A stretch of DNA of 64,000 bases from Desulfobacterales bacterium (GCA_963668645.2 CAXXWC010000021.1:96001-160000), one strand, 5' to 3'. Positions 38,540-49,515 are shown, numbered from the stretch's first letter. The notes: generated by a model not told the origin, from the sequence alone. Numbers and translations: made by a program.

Positions 38540-39703
38540 ATGAACCGTCCAATTAAGGGGATGTGCGTTTTCAGCAATCCGTCCACGGGAGAAGCCGTCG
38601 CCGAGGAAATCGGAACGGTTCTGGATATGGATATTGTCCAGGATTTTGTCCATGCCTGGACCGAGGTGCAAAACCGGCGTCCCAAAGTTTTGCTGATCGA
38701 TATGGAACGGGAGCCGGAAGCCGGCCTCCGGCTTGCCCGCGACACCGCATCGTCATTTGCCGACACTCCGGTGGTCATGTTTTCACCGAAAAAAGATCCG
38801 GACCTGATTATCGACTGCCTGAGGGCCGGAGCAGCCGATTACTGCGTTTTCCCGGATCAGAACGGCGATTCCCTGACGGCGGCCGTCAAACGGGTGTTGA
38901 ACCGTTCAGCAGACGGGCACAAAACCGGTAAAATCGTATCTTTTTTCAGCATGAAAGGCGGTCAGGGAACGACGAGTCTGGCCGTGAATGTCGCGGACCA
39001 GATTCATCAGGTCCTTGACCGCCGGGTGCTCCTGTTGGACCTGAACCTTTACATGGGCAGCATTTGCGGTCATCTTAACTTCACCTGCACTTACACGCCG
39101 TTCGACATGGTGCGGGACATTTCCCGAATGGATGAAGACCTTCTGCTGTCATCGCTCTCCAGACATGGCAGGGGATTCTACATTCTGTCCGCACCGGAGG
39201 AAGTCAGCGACGCCGAGAGCATTTCCCCGGAGAATATCTCCCAAATATTAAACATTTCAAAATTCTGTTTCGATTATATCGTTATCGATCTTGCCCATGA
39301 CTTTTCGGATCGCACCCTGGTGGCTTTAGAAGCCTCGGACAGAATATTTTTAACCGTCCGCCAGAATTTTTCGGTGATCAAAAGCGCCCAGAAGGTCTTC
39401 CAATTCTTTCATGCATTGAATTACCCCACGAGCAAAGTGGAACTTCTGGTGAACCGGTTTGTGAAAGGCAGCGAACTGACGCCGGAAGATTTGACGGTTG
39501 TATTCCAACAACCAGTTTTCGGGGTCGTGCAAGACGGCGGCCGGATTATGGAAAAGGCGATCAGCAAAGGGCGGACCCTGGCCGATGCATATCCGCGAAC
39601 CCGCATCAATACGAGCATTAAGGATATTGCACTGAAAATTGCTGACATTGAAAAACAGCCCCAGCAGTCTTGGTTCAGACGCCTTTTTTCCGCTGCCCGA
39701 TAA
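38540..39703 (+). CDS. cpaE: TadZ/CpaE (receiver + ParA/MinD-like ATPase)
   Basis: N-terminal receiver-like domain (LLIDM, RAGAADY) and KGGQGTTSLAVN deviant Walker A. Confidence 0.88.
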   Translation: MNRPIKGMCVFSNPSTGEAVAEEIGTVLDMDIVQDFVHAWTEVQNRRPKVLLIDMEREPEAGLRLARDTASSFADTPVVMFSPKKDPDLIIDCLRAGAADYCVFPDQNGDSLTAAVKRVLNRSADGHKTGKIVSFFSMKGGQGTTSLAVNVADQIHQVLDRRVLLLDLNLYMGSICGHLNFTCTYTPFDMVRDISRMDEDLLLSSLSRHGRGFYILSAPEEVSDAESISPENISQILNISKFCFDYIVIDLAHDFSDRTLVALEASDRIFLTVRQNFSVIKSAQKVFQFFHALNYPTSKVELLVNRFVKGSELTPEDLTVVFQQPVFGVVQDGGRIMEKAISKGRTLADAYPRTRINTSIKDIALKIADIEKQPQQSWFRRLFSAAR

Positions 39704-39714
39704 AGGATTGCGCC

Positions 39715-41079
39715 ATGAGACTGATTGACAGATTGAAATCCGGCGCATCCCAATCCGGATACGATCCGCGAATCCCGCCCCAAGGCGGTCTGGACCGTGA
39801 TGCCTATAACCGCATCAAGACCATGGTTCATTTAAAACTCGTGGAACGGCTGGACATCGCAACCGTTGGGGATCTGCCCCAACAGGAACTGGCCGTTGTC
39901 ATCCGCCATGTCCTGGAGGAGATCACCTTCACACGAGATGTCCCACTGAATATCGGGGAGCGCTCCGATCTGATCGGCGACCTGATGGATGAGATCCTCG
40001 GACTGGGGCCCATCGAACCTTTGGTCCGGGACGAATCGGTCCAGGACATCCTCATAAACGGCTACAACAGGGTGTACATCGAACGACAGGGCCTGTTGAA
40101 ACTGACACCCGTCAAGTTCAGGGACAACGACCATCTGATGCAGATCATCGATAAAATCATATCCGCAGCCGGCCGGCGCGTGGATGAATCCTCACCCATG
40201 GTGGACGCCCGGATGCAGGACGGCTCCCGCATCAATGTCATTCTGCCGCCCCTTTCTCTCATCGGACCGGTGGTCTCCATCCGCAAATTCGGGAAAAACC
40301 CCATTACGCTCGACCAGATACTCGGGGACCTGACCATGACGGGACAGATGAACCTCTTTTTAAAAGCCGCGGTCAGATCAAAACTCAACATCCTGATATC
40401 GGGTGGAACGGGGGCCGGAAAAACCACGCTGTTGAACATCCTTTCGGGTTACATCCCCAGGGACGAACGCATCGTCACCATCGAGGACAGCGCGGAACTG
40501 CGGCTGAACCAACCCCATGTGGTTTCTCTGGAGTCGCGCCTGCCGAACATTGAAAGCAAGGGCGAAGTGGTTTTGACGGATCTGGTCAAAAACAGCCTGC
40601 GCATGCGTCCGGACCGAATTATCGTCGGGGAGGTCCGGGGAGCCGAGGTCATGGACATGCTCCAGGCAATGAACACCGGGCATCCCGGATCCATGAGCAC
40701 CATTCATGCCAATTCTCCCAAGGACGCCTTGTCGCGCATCGAGGTCATGGCCGGCATGGGGTCTTCCTCTTTTTCAGAGATCGCTCTGCGCCGGCTGGTT
40801 GCCAGCGCCATCAATCTCATCATTCAAATCACCCGCTTGCAGGACGGGCGACGGCGCATTGTTTCCATCTCCGAAGTGTCCAGGATGAAGGAAGAGCGCA
40901 TCGAACTTCATGACCTGTTCGTTTTCAGGCAGGCGGGCGTCGACGATGGGGGCGGCGTTTACGGTGACTTTCTGGGGCTTGGCGATCCACCGGTTTTTTC
41001 AGATCATCTCAAATCCTACGGGTTCGAGTTTGACCCCTCGGTATTTTCCTATGAACTCAAGGTGGGATATTCGGGATGA
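39715..41079 (+). CDS. tadA: Tad ATPase TadA/CpaF
   Basis: [46 protein letters not shown]. Confidence 0.96.
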   Translation: MRLIDRLKSGASQSGYDPRIPPQGGLDRDAYNRIKTMVHLKLVERLDIATVGDLPQQELAVVIRHVLEEITFTRDVPLNIGERSDLIGDLMDEILGLGPIEPLVRDESVQDILINGYNRVYIERQGLLKLTPVKFRDNDHLMQIIDKIISAAGRRVDESSPMVDARMQDGSRINVILPPLSLIGPVVSIRKFGKNPITLDQILGDLTMTGQMNLFLKAAVRSKLNILISGGTGAGKTTLLNILSGYIPRDERIVTIEDSAELRLNQPHVVSLESRLPNIESKGEVVLTDLVKNSLRMRPDRIIVGEVRGAEVMDMLQAMNTGHPGSMSTIHANSPKDALSRIEVMAGMGSSSFSEIALRRLVASAINLIIQITRLQDGRRRIVSISEVSRMKEERIELHDLFVFRQAGVDDGGGVYGDFLGLGDPPVFSDHLKSYGFEFDPSVFSYELKVGYSG

Positions 41080-42029
41080 GCCTCTTTTTATCGATTATTG
41101 TTTTTATCGGTTTATGTGGGGTGATGTTGTCGCTTCACATGCTCATTACCGACGCCAGGGATGCCAAGAAGCAAAAAAAATTGCGTGAACTCTCCGCCCA
41201 GCTTACGGGAACGGAGAAATTCGAGCCGTCAATACGGAGTGCTCCGAAAATCCATTGCAACAGATTCGGCCCGGCGGCTGCGGCCATGGAGCGGCTGGAA
41301 AGGCTGCTCAGGGCCTCGGATACACCGGTATCCGCCGGTCTTTTCGGACTCGGCTGCCTCATTGCCGGCGGCCTTTGTTTTTTTGTATCCCTCGGGGTGC
41401 TGAAAAACATTTTTCCCGCCGTGCTCATGTTCATCACCGGGGGCTCGGCGCCGCTTTACTACCTGGTCGTTCGGGGAAAAAAACGCGAGGAGGATCTGGT
41501 ACGCCAACTTCCCGAAGCCCTGGAAATGATCACCAGATCCTTGAGAATCGGTCAATCCATGGATAACAGCCTCCGGGAACTGGGCAGGTCGTTTCCTCGG
41601 CCCCTGGGCGGGGAAATCAAGACCGTTTATGAGGAAATCGCCATGGGTCTCCCCTTTGCCGCCGCCATGCAGCATTTTGAAAGCCGGTACCCCAGGGTGG
41701 CGGAGATCAAAATGTTTTCAGCCGCCATGGTCATCCAGCGGGAAAGCGGCGGCAACCTGACACGGATTTTGGAAAATCTTTCAAAACTCATCCGGGAGCG
41801 TTTCAAATTTCATCGCCAGGTGCGGGCGCTGACATCCGAGGGCCGCGCCAGCGCAATTATCGTCGGTTCCCTGCCCCTGGTTTTCGCGGCGATCGTCTGG
41901 TTTTCCAACCCGGGCTATCTGGACCCGCTCTTTTTTTCATCCTTTGGCCGGAAACTTCTGCTCGTCGCCGCCTTGCTGGAAACTTCCGGCTTCATCATCA
42001 TGCGCCGGCTTACGAAAATCGACGTATAG
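41076..42029 (+). CDS. tadB: TadB (T2SS F family) inner membrane platform protein
   Basis: QLPEALE, IQRESGGNL, VRALTSEGR. Confidence 0.92.
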   Translation: MSLFLSIIVFIGLCGVMLSLHMLITDARDAKKQKKLRELSAQLTGTEKFEPSIRSAPKIHCNRFGPAAAAMERLERLLRASDTPVSAGLFGLGCLIAGGLCFFVSLGVLKNIFPAVLMFITGGSAPLYYLVVRGKKREEDLVRQLPEALEMITRSLRIGQSMDNSLRELGRSFPRPLGGEIKTVYEEIAMGLPFAAAMQHFESRYPRVAEIKMFSAAMVIQRESGGNLTRILENLSKLIRERFKFHRQVRALTSEGRASAIIVGSLPLVFAAIVWFSNPGYLDPLFFSSFGRKLLLVAALLETSGFIIMRRLTKIDV

Positions 42030-42047
42030 GTCTTTTCGGAAAAAGAA

Positions 42048-42968
42048 ATGGAAATCGTTCGTTTCTTGGCATCAGGTCTCACCTTTCTGACGGTGGGCTT
42101 TTTTCTGATGTTTGCATATTTTCATCTCGAAGAGCGATACTGGCGTAAAATCCTGGCCCAACGCCTGCTGGGAAAGACGCAGGATGCGGCGCGCATGGAA
42201 AAAAGACGACTGAAGCAGTGGCGCCGGACGGTTGCTTCTCTGGGAGGTGCCGTGATGCCCAAGCAAGAGGCCAAGACAGCCGGCATCGCAACGGCCCTTA
42301 TGCATGCCGGTTTCCGGAGTCCGGAGGCGTCCGCCGTTTACTGGGGTCTGCGGCTTATTCTGGCCGCAGCGTTCGGTGTCGTCTATCTTATCGTCATCCT
42401 TGTATCCGGCAGCGCCACGCCGGACAATCTGGTGATGATCTTTTTCCCCCTGGCCTTTGGATATGCACTGCCCGCCCTGTATCTGAGGATAAAATGCCGG
42501 TCCCGGCAGCATGAAATTTTCAGAGAGCTTCCCGACGCCCTGGACCTGGTCATGATCTGCCTTGAGGCCGGACTCGGCTTTGACAGGGCACTGCACCGGG
42601 CCAGCCGGGAACTGGCAACCGTTTCGCCGGTCCTGTCAAGGGAGTTCACCCAGTATTTCATCGAGATTCAAAGCGGTCTGCCGCGCCGGGCCGCCCTGCA
42701 AAAACTTGACCAAAGAAACGGCGTCAAACCGTTAAGCAGCGTCGTGAGTGTCCTGCTTCAATCCGCAAAACTCGGCACCGATATCGCGCATGCGCTCGGC
42801 ACCTATATCCAGACCATGCGCACGGAACGACGCCTCATGGCCGAAGAAAAAGGCGGCAAGGTTTCAACCCGGCTCGTATTTCCGCTGGTGCTGTGTATTC
42901 TGCCGGCCCTGTTCATCATCATACTGAGCCCGGCAATCATCAATATCGTTCAAACCCTGAATCGATGA
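42048..42968 (+). CDS. tadC: TadC (T2SS F family) inner membrane platform protein
   Basis: LPDALDL..ICLEAGL, AEEKGGK, FPLVLCILPALF. Confidence 0.92.
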   Translation: MEIVRFLASGLTFLTVGFFLMFAYFHLEERYWRKILAQRLLGKTQDAARMEKRRLKQWRRTVASLGGAVMPKQEAKTAGIATALMHAGFRSPEASAVYWGLRLILAAAFGVVYLIVILVSGSATPDNLVMIFFPLAFGYALPALYLRIKCRSRQHEIFRELPDALDLVMICLEAGLGFDRALHRASRELATVSPVLSREFTQYFIEIQSGLPRRAALQKLDQRNGVKPLSSVVSVLLQSAKLGTDIAHALGTYIQTMRTERRLMAEEKGGKVSTRLVFPLVLCILPALFIIILSPAIINIVQTLNR

Positions 42969-42981
42969 CGGCTGACTCGCA

Positions 42982-43845
42982 ATGAACACAAGAAGATCGG
43001 CTATTCGTGCTGTAAAGCATAAATTCAATTGCAGTAAAATCCCCTGCCCGTGCCGCGCCGCAACCGCGCTTTGTCTGTGGGCTGTATTGCTGATATCCGG
43101 CGGTTGCGCCGGTGCCCCGGAGGCAAATCAATCCCGGCCCCTGTGGGAAGATTCGGCTAAAAATCCGGCCCTGGTATTGGAAAAAAGCACGCCGTTGCCG
43201 GACCGCCATCAACTTTGCCGGGAACTGATCCGCCTGGGACATTTTCAGGTGGCCCAAACCCAGCTCGAAGAACTTTTGGCCCAAGGGGAAAACAGCCCCC
43301 AAACCCATTATCTTGCGGGCGTATGCCAAAGAGAGCTGAAACTGTACCAAGCGGCTGAAAAATCATTTAAAACAGCCTTGCGGGCATCGCCGCAGTTCGC
43401 ACCGGCATTTAACGGTCTCGGCCTGCTGTATCATGATACGAACCGGCCGGAGGAAGCGGAAAATTTATTTCAGGAGGCCGTTTCCCACGATCCGGCGCGT
43501 GCCGATTTCTGTAACAATCTGGGTTTTTTTTATATGACCCGTGGTGAGTTCAGCCGGGCTGCCGAGCATTTTCGAACCTGCCTGAAACTCGACCCCGGTT
43601 ACGCCGTGGCCGTCAACAATCTCTCCATCTGTCTGGCCATCGAAGACCCGAAAGCCTCGCTTTCTCTGCTGCGGAAATATCTTTCAAGCGCCGAGGCCGC
43701 CAACAACATGGGGGCTGTTTTACAACTGACTGGACGGCCGCAAGAGGCGGTTGAAATGTATCAAAAAGCGCTGGAACTCAAACCGGATCTATCCACGGCC
43801 CGGTCAAACCTGTCAAACATGGAAAAAGTTCAAATGAGTCCCTGA
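42982..43845 (+). CDS. tadD: TPR lipoprotein, TadD-like pilotin
   Basis: Lipobox-like SGGC, multiple TPRs (AFNGLG, NNLG, NNMG); position after tadC. Confidence 0.78.
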   Translation: MNTRRSAIRAVKHKFNCSKIPCPCRAATALCLWAVLLISGGCAGAPEANQSRPLWEDSAKNPALVLEKSTPLPDRHQLCRELIRLGHFQVAQTQLEELLAQGENSPQTHYLAGVCQRELKLYQAAEKSFKTALRASPQFAPAFNGLGLLYHDTNRPEEAENLFQEAVSHDPARADFCNNLGFFYMTRGEFSRAAEHFRTCLKLDPGYAVAVNNLSICLAIEDPKASLSLLRKYLSSAEAANNMGAVLQLTGRPQEAVEMYQKALELKPDLSTARSNLSNMEKVQMSP

Positions 43846-43892
43846 CACGCGCTATCCATAAGAATCGACACGATCCTGACGAGGAGTTTGAA

Positions 43893-44204
43893 ATGGAAAA
43901 TTCATCAATGGTTCTACTTCCACCGTCGTGGGGCCGCCTGATGACGACGCTGGCCGTTTTGGCCTTGTCGGTGTTAGCCGGTTGTTCGTCCATGGGGCAG
44001 GATTCGTTTTCGGGTTCACCGGATTTCGGTGCGGCCTCCGGGAAATGGTTCGTCAAACAGATTGCATATCCGGTTGCGCCCCGTGATCTTTCGCCGGTTG
44101 ACGAAATAGCCGGTGGAACAGCGGCGGAAATATACGAAAACTGCGTAAAAGCCCTGCACACGAAAAAAACTGAAAGCTCCCGGAAAATGAAAGACCAGTT
44201 GTAA
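43893..44204 (+). CDS. Small tad-locus lipoprotein
   Basis: GAGGAG RBS, LAGC lipobox, stop overlaps the next start. Confidence 0.7.
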   Translation: MENSSMVLLPPSWGRLMTTLAVLALSVLAGCSSMGQDSFSGSPDFGAASGKWFVKQIAYPVAPRDLSPVDEIAGGTAAEIYENCVKALHTKKTESSRKMKDQL

Positions 44205-45670
44205 TGCGCTCTTTGAAAAAAACGTACGGCTGTCTGGGATTATTCGCCGGGCAACGGGGAAACATCGCGCTCCTGTTCGCCCTTTCGATTTCTGCGCTGC
44301 TGCTTGTTTTATCCTTTTCCGTGAACACGGGATATATGTTCAGCGAAAAGAACCGGCGCCAAAACGCCGTGGATGCCGCAGCCCTTGCCGGGGCCGTCCG
44401 GCTTTGCAGCGCGGACGCCGCCGCCTCGGCACGGGACGTTTTTTTGCAGAATCTGCTGCCGGGCGATCCCCTTCTTAGCGATTTTTCCGAAACGGATCTT
44501 GAGGTGGTGGTGGGTTTTTACGATGTCTTTGACGCCCACGGGGACTTTGATGTGTACAAAGACTTCATTGAAAAGGACCGCATGCCGTTGGATGAATATG
44601 AAAATGCGGTGATGGTCCGCCTTTTGTCGAAAACGAAACCGGTTGTGCCGGGTTTTATTACTACGGGCGACGCCGGCGAAGAAACAACCGTTGCTGCTTC
44701 GTCCGTGGCCTATCTGAAGCGCTACAGCATGGTGTCGCTGGCCGATGACCTGGATTCCCTTATCTGGGCGCCGGGATTTGAAAACGGGGACGTGCAGGCC
44801 AACGGGAACATCATTTACCCGACCGAGTCCACGCCGACGCTGGTCAACGCCGGGATGACGGCAAGCGGGACCATCCAGCAGTGCAAGGGCGGCTATTACT
44901 ACGGCTTCAACACGCCGGACTGGGATAAAATTATCGGCGCGGGCGCGGTGGGAAAAGAAGGCGTTGACAAAATAGAGGAAATCGTCCCCTGCGACAACGG
45001 ATATGTCGACACCCTGAAGGCCACGGCGGATGTGGTGTACGAGCCTGCCCAGGCCGGTACGGACAAAGTTTTCTTCGGCTATTGCGACGGTACGGCCTAC
45101 ATGTCCGGCAGTGGCATGGATCCCATCAACTTGTCCAATTGCTATTTGTTTGACATCTGCGAGGAGCCGGAAGAGCGGATCACCTATTTTTTTGATGCGT
45201 CCTCTGATGCAAACGCAAATGTCATTCTGACCACCGGCGTTTACAGCACCAGTGCCTGCCCTGGCGTTGTCCACTTCCCCAGGGGAAACCGCGTTTCAAA
45301 CGTCACCTTCATCGCCAATTGTCGCATCTTGCTGTACAACCCCAGCAACGTCGGCATCACCATGTTTGCCGGGAGCACGGGAGACCAGCAGGTCATCGTC
45401 ATTTCCTCCGACGACATCATCCTCCACCACAGCAGGAGTTCGGCCGTATACCCCAGGGGCATTTCCTTCCGGTGCGGCGGGGATTTTTACTTCAAGGGCC
45501 AGGGCGGATATTACCCGGGATCGCCGCCGGACGCCCTTTTGCGCATCGTGGCGGACGGCCGGCTGCATTCCGACAACAACGTCCTCGGCACCTATGATTT
45601 CATGTTCGGCCCCCCATGCCCACCCACCATCGCCAAACTCGGCCGGCTTGAAACCGTATCAGTGCCTTGA
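44204..45670 (+). CDS. tadG: TadG-like pseudopilin/tip protein with large C-terminal domain
   Basis: QRG/NIALLFAL N-terminus, QNAVDAAALAGA Tad motif, NAVMV; Cys/Gly-rich beta-type C-terminal region. Confidence 0.8.
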   Translation: MRSLKKTYGCLGLFAGQRGNIALLFALSISALLLVLSFSVNTGYMFSEKNRRQNAVDAAALAGAVRLCSADAAASARDVFLQNLLPGDPLLSDFSETDLEVVVGFYDVFDAHGDFDVYKDFIEKDRMPLDEYENAVMVRLLSKTKPVVPGFITTGDAGEETTVAASSVAYLKRYSMVSLADDLDSLIWAPGFENGDVQANGNIIYPTESTPTLVNAGMTASGTIQQCKGGYYYGFNTPDWDKIIGAGAVGKEGVDKIEEIVPCDNGYVDTLKATADVVYEPAQAGTDKVFFGYCDGTAYMSGSGMDPINLSNCYLFDICEEPEERITYFFDASSDANANVILTTGVYSTSACPGVVHFPRGNRVSNVTFIANCRILLYNPSNVGITMFAGSTGDQQVIVISSDDIILHHSRSSAVYPRGISFRCGGDFYFKGQGGYYPGSPPDALLRIVADGRLHSDNNVLGTYDFMFGPPCPPTIAKLGRLETVSVP

Positions 45671-45757
45671 TTCCCGGATCGCCATCCCCTGTCGATTCCC
45701 CGATGCCTTAAAAGCGGGGAAAATCCCGTATCAAGGCGTCCCCCGACAGCCGGCATA

Positions 45758-47545
45758 TTACAGGCCCGATACATACCGCAAAATGTAGAGCACTTCGGCC
45801 ATGCCGATCTTTCCGTCCCCATCGACATCGGCGCCGGCGTTCGCCGCCGGATCCTTTTCCACGCCTGCCATGGCTTTCAGCGCGGCAATGGCGTCTTCAA
45901 GAGTCACCTGAAGATCGCTGTTGACATCACCCATTGGCACGGCGACCACTTCGAAGGGACCGTAGTGATAGGTCTCGGAGGTATTGCCAGCTTTGTCCTG
46001 GGCCGCAACGTGGAGATAATAGCTTCCCGCATCCCCCATCTGAACCGTGTCCGGCAAAGCGGTTTCAAGGGCCGTCCCGGGGCTGGAATCACTCTGTGTG
46101 TCCAACACCCAGAAGTACCCGGCGATGCCGTCCGCCTCCAGGCCGTTAAAGGCATCCTGTGCCGGATTCCACGTGAGGGAAATCTTCCCGTTCGCCGCCA
46201 CCTGCGTATCCAGGGCCGGCGAAGATGAGGCCACGGTGGGCGCCGACGGTGCCGTGTTGTCCAGGATGGCATACCCGGTGACGGTGTTGCTCGGGTTGCC
46301 CGCGCCATCGATGCCGTGGGCGTGAAGGTACCATTTCCCGTCCCCGTCGCCTTTGACGATCTGATCGCTGAACGTATACTTCATGGCAACGTAAAACTCA
46401 TCCCAGGGATCGGGCGGGGTGGGGTCCTGGGTGACCACGTACTCGATGGTGCAGTTGGCCTCGCTGAATTTCACCCACCAATCCTTGGTTTGTTTGGGTT
46501 CGTCGTCGTCCCCGGTGTCGACGGTCTGGCCGTACGAATTGCCCCACATCAGCGTCGGCGGCTGCTTGTCCACGTTGAACCACGCACTGTACGTATAGTC
46601 CTCGGCGCCCACTACCCTGGCCTGGAGATAGTATGTCACGCTGGTGCCGTCTTCCTGGTCGGACCCGAAGACGATCTGTCCGTCATAATCGAGCCAATCC
46701 GACCAAGACCCCGTTCCACGCCACCGGTACTGGATCTGACCGGCGCCTTCTGTGAGGGAAACATTGAACGCCGTACTGCTGTAATGCGTGTCGGCGGGCT
46801 CCTGGACGATCGTCACGTGGGGGGCGATGTTGACGTCCACCTGCGCGAGAATCCGCTCGGTCTCATCGGCATAGTTCACCTCCGGCTGAAAAAAGGCCGC
46901 GGTGAGGTCGCCCCAGTTGGGATCGGTGTTTTTGACGGCGCCGATGAGTACCGGTGCCGGCACGAATTCCCCCGTTTCGCAGTTTACGTCGCCGTCATCG
47001 TTTTGAATCCACCCGGCTTCCATTTTGCAGATCTCCATCTGATGGACGACGAGGGAGTGCGATGACGCCGAATTGATGACCTGGACGGTAAAGGGCACCT
47101 TGAACATCACCTGCTCGCCGGTGAGGCGCCCCCCGCCGTCATCGCCGACGCCGGCGCCGATCATTTGAAGCATCCGGGGGATTTGCGAGTGCGGCTGCCC
47201 GATGCAGGGAATGACCGTGGTCTCCCCGGCGACCAGGGGATAGCCGAACATACCGTCTTCCGGCGGATTTTCCCCGCCGTACTGAAATCCGGAGTTGACG
47301 AAGGAATTTTCCGGCCGGACCTCATTGAATATGTCGTAGTCGTAGTCGATGCCCACCTGCCCCCACACGATATCCGTGGCATCGTCGACCTTGATCACAA
47401 GGGTGACGACGTCCCCGGGCAGGTAGCTGTCCTGGGCGGGTTCCAGCGCGAGGCTGATGTTCCGGCCGGCGGCGGCGGGCGCGGCGGAACCCGCAAGCAA
47501 AACGGAAAAGACGCATAAATAAAAGACAATATGGCGGTATTTCAT
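45758..47545 (-). CDS. Secreted protein: cohesin-like domain, Ig/Fn3-like domains, C-terminal dockerin-like repeat
   Basis: Signal peptide; PGDVVTLVIKVD...IDYDYDIF cohesin-like pattern; DKQPP/DNTAP Ig linkers; GDVNSDLQVTLEDA...ADVDGDGKIGMAE. Confidence 0.75.
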   Translation of the reverse strand: MKYRHIVFYLCVFSVLLAGSAAPAAAGRNISLALEPAQDSYLPGDVVTLVIKVDDATDIVWGQVGIDYDYDIFNEVRPENSFVNSGFQYGGENPPEDGMFGYPLVAGETTVIPCIGQPHSQIPRMLQMIGAGVGDDGGGRLTGEQVMFKVPFTVQVINSASSHSLVVHQMEICKMEAGWIQNDDGDVNCETGEFVPAPVLIGAVKNTDPNWGDLTAAFFQPEVNYADETERILAQVDVNIAPHVTIVQEPADTHYSSTAFNVSLTEGAGQIQYRWRGTGSWSDWLDYDGQIVFGSDQEDGTSVTYYLQARVVGAEDYTYSAWFNVDKQPPTLMWGNSYGQTVDTGDDDEPKQTKDWWVKFSEANCTIEYVVTQDPTPPDPWDEFYVAMKYTFSDQIVKGDGDGKWYLHAHGIDGAGNPSNTVTGYAILDNTAPSAPTVASSSPALDTQVAANGKISLTWNPAQDAFNGLEADGIAGYFWVLDTQSDSSPGTALETALPDTVQMGDAGSYYLHVAAQDKAGNTSETYHYGPFEVVAVPMGDVNSDLQVTLEDAIAALKAMAGVEKDPAANAGADVDGDGKIGMAEVLYILRYVSGL

Positions 47546-47634
47546 GATGCCTGGCTCCTTGGCAATTAACATTCAGGTGGTTGACGATCCGCTTCACGTG
47601 GCACCCGCATGGGAGTGTCGGAAAAAACCGGCGA

Positions 47635-49515
47635 TCAGCGCAGGTTCAGGATTTTCTGTATCTGGTAGACGGCTTCCTCGCCGCCCACGACATTGTCCGC
47701 GTTGATGTCGGAAAAGGAGGTCCCGTCGTCCCAGTCATAGACCGTCATTCTCATGCACTGGTAGAGGTCTTCCAGGTCCACGACCATGTCGCAGTTCAGG
47801 TCCCCGGCCATCCCCGTCGTGAACCACCACACCGGGCCGTCCTGGCTGGCCCCGTCCTTGTGGGCCGTGACGGACCATTTATATTCGGTCTGAAACTCGA
47901 GGGGCGGATCGCAGAGGTACCGGGGCTCGGTCAGGCCGGACACCCATGGGACGGCCGGTTTTTCCTCATCCGCCTTCCAGACGTAGAGGTCGAAGGAATC
48001 GGAGCCGTCGAGGTTGTCCGTCCACGTGAAGTTCGGCGCCACCCGCCAGCATCCCCGGGTGGGATATGGGTCGGGATTGAGCACCGGCGTCGACGTCCAT
48101 CCGTCGTCAAAATCCGGGCCGTTGTCGCCGAAGCGGGTGGTCTTCTGATTGTCGGTGTATGGTTTCACCTTCATATCCGCCTTATCGGTGGAAGCGAATT
48201 TCAGCGTGGCGTAGGCGACGCCATTTTCCAGCTCGTCAAACCAGAAATCCTCCCCGGGGATGCAGGTATTCTGCAAATAAGCAAAACGGAAGGTCGCCAG
48301 CAGATAGTCCTGGCCGGCGGTCAGCGGTTGCGATAGGTCATCGCTGCTGGATTTCATCTGGATGCTGCTGATGCGGTTTTTCGTTTCATCTTCCGCGTAC
48401 TTGCTGCAACTCGGTCTATTGTCGTTGATATAATACGATTGCATTTGGTCAAGACTTAGTTCGGTGTTATACGCCACCTCTTTTAGTAAAAGCTCCCCGC
48501 CGAAATCGAACTGGCTGAACCCGACGTCCATATAGTAATAGTAAAGGGTATCGTCCACGGCGGCGTGAAGATAGACCTTGACCTCGACCTCGTCACCCAC
48601 GGCGACGGTCTGAAGGCCGGTCTTGTCCATCCACAGAAAGTGCTTGGTCCCATATGATGAAAACGTCCATACGTCGCTCTCATACGTCGTCTCCCCGGAT
48701 ATGCCCGTCACCTGCCAGTAGTAAACGGTAATGTCATCGAGCAGCGCCGCCGGAGTGAACTGCTTGGCCGAAAGCCCTGTGGCGGTAGGCGTTTCAGGTT
48801 TTTCCTCGCCCTCTTTCCACAGGTAGACCTCATAGCTGTCCACTTCGACATTGCTGCCCCAGGTAAATACCGCATCCACGGGGATCTGTGTTGAATCCAC
48901 GGCCGGATACGGCTGGACAAAGGGCGGGGCCGGAGAACCGTCGTCGAAATTGGGGCCGCCGTTTCCCAGCAGGACCGATTTCGTGTTGTCGGCGTATGCT
49001 TCCGGATAGGTGCTGGAACTGTTGTCACAGTACAGCCGGAAGGAACTATCGGTCTGGTCCAGCCAGACATCTTCCCGCTGGTAGTAGTCGTTTTGCTTGT
49101 AGGTGAAGTTGATGGTGAACAGAAGATAGTCCTGGCCGGCGGTCAAGGGGTAGCTGGCAGAATTGTTTCTGAGATAGATGTAGACATAGCTGGCCGTATT
49201 GTCGTTGGGGTATTTGTCCGAGGACCCGGTATATAAATTCAGACTGCTGGCCGTCGGCAGGATGGCGTCATTGATGGTCACGCTCTGGTATTCCAGCTCG
49301 CCGCCGAGGCTGAAGTCGTCGAACCCCATATAGACCTTGGCCCGGTAAATCCCGTCGTCCTCCTCGGCGTGCAGGTAAAAACCAACGCTGACCGTGCCGT
49401 CGATCGTCGCGCTCTGAAGGCCGGTTTTATCGATCCACACATAATGTGCCGATGCCTGCCCGCAAAAACAAAGCGCCATCAGGAACACAAGTCCGTATAC
49501 TGCTTTGATCTTCAT
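47635..49515 (-). CDS. Secreted protein: 2x (cohesin-like + Fn3-like) repeat with C-terminal dockerin-like repeat
   Basis: Signal peptide (ASA/H); duplicated WxDKTGLQ...YLHA...PLTAGQDYLL...GPxFDDG and FTW...YxWK...YxWxVT units; GDLNCD...SDINADNVVG. Confidence 0.75.
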   Translation of the reverse strand: MKIKAVYGLVFLMALCFCGQASAHYVWIDKTGLQSATIDGTVSVGFYLHAEEDDGIYRAKVYMGFDDFSLGGELEYQSVTINDAILPTASSLNLYTGSSDKYPNDNTASYVYIYLRNNSASYPLTAGQDYLLFTINFTYKQNDYYQREDVWLDQTDSSFRLYCDNSSSTYPEAYADNTKSVLLGNGGPNFDDGSPAPPFVQPYPAVDSTQIPVDAVFTWGSNVEVDSYEVYLWKEGEEKPETPTATGLSAKQFTPAALLDDITVYYWQVTGISGETTYESDVWTFSSYGTKHFLWMDKTGLQTVAVGDEVEVKVYLHAAVDDTLYYYYMDVGFSQFDFGGELLLKEVAYNTELSLDQMQSYYINDNRPSCSKYAEDETKNRISSIQMKSSSDDLSQPLTAGQDYLLATFRFAYLQNTCIPGEDFWFDELENGVAYATLKFASTDKADMKVKPYTDNQKTTRFGDNGPDFDDGWTSTPVLNPDPYPTRGCWRVAPNFTWTDNLDGSDSFDLYVWKADEEKPAVPWVSGLTEPRYLCDPPLEFQTEYKWSVTAHKDGASQDGPVWWFTTGMAGDLNCDMVVDLEDLYQCMRMTVYDWDDGTSFSDINADNVVGGEEAVYQIQKILNLR

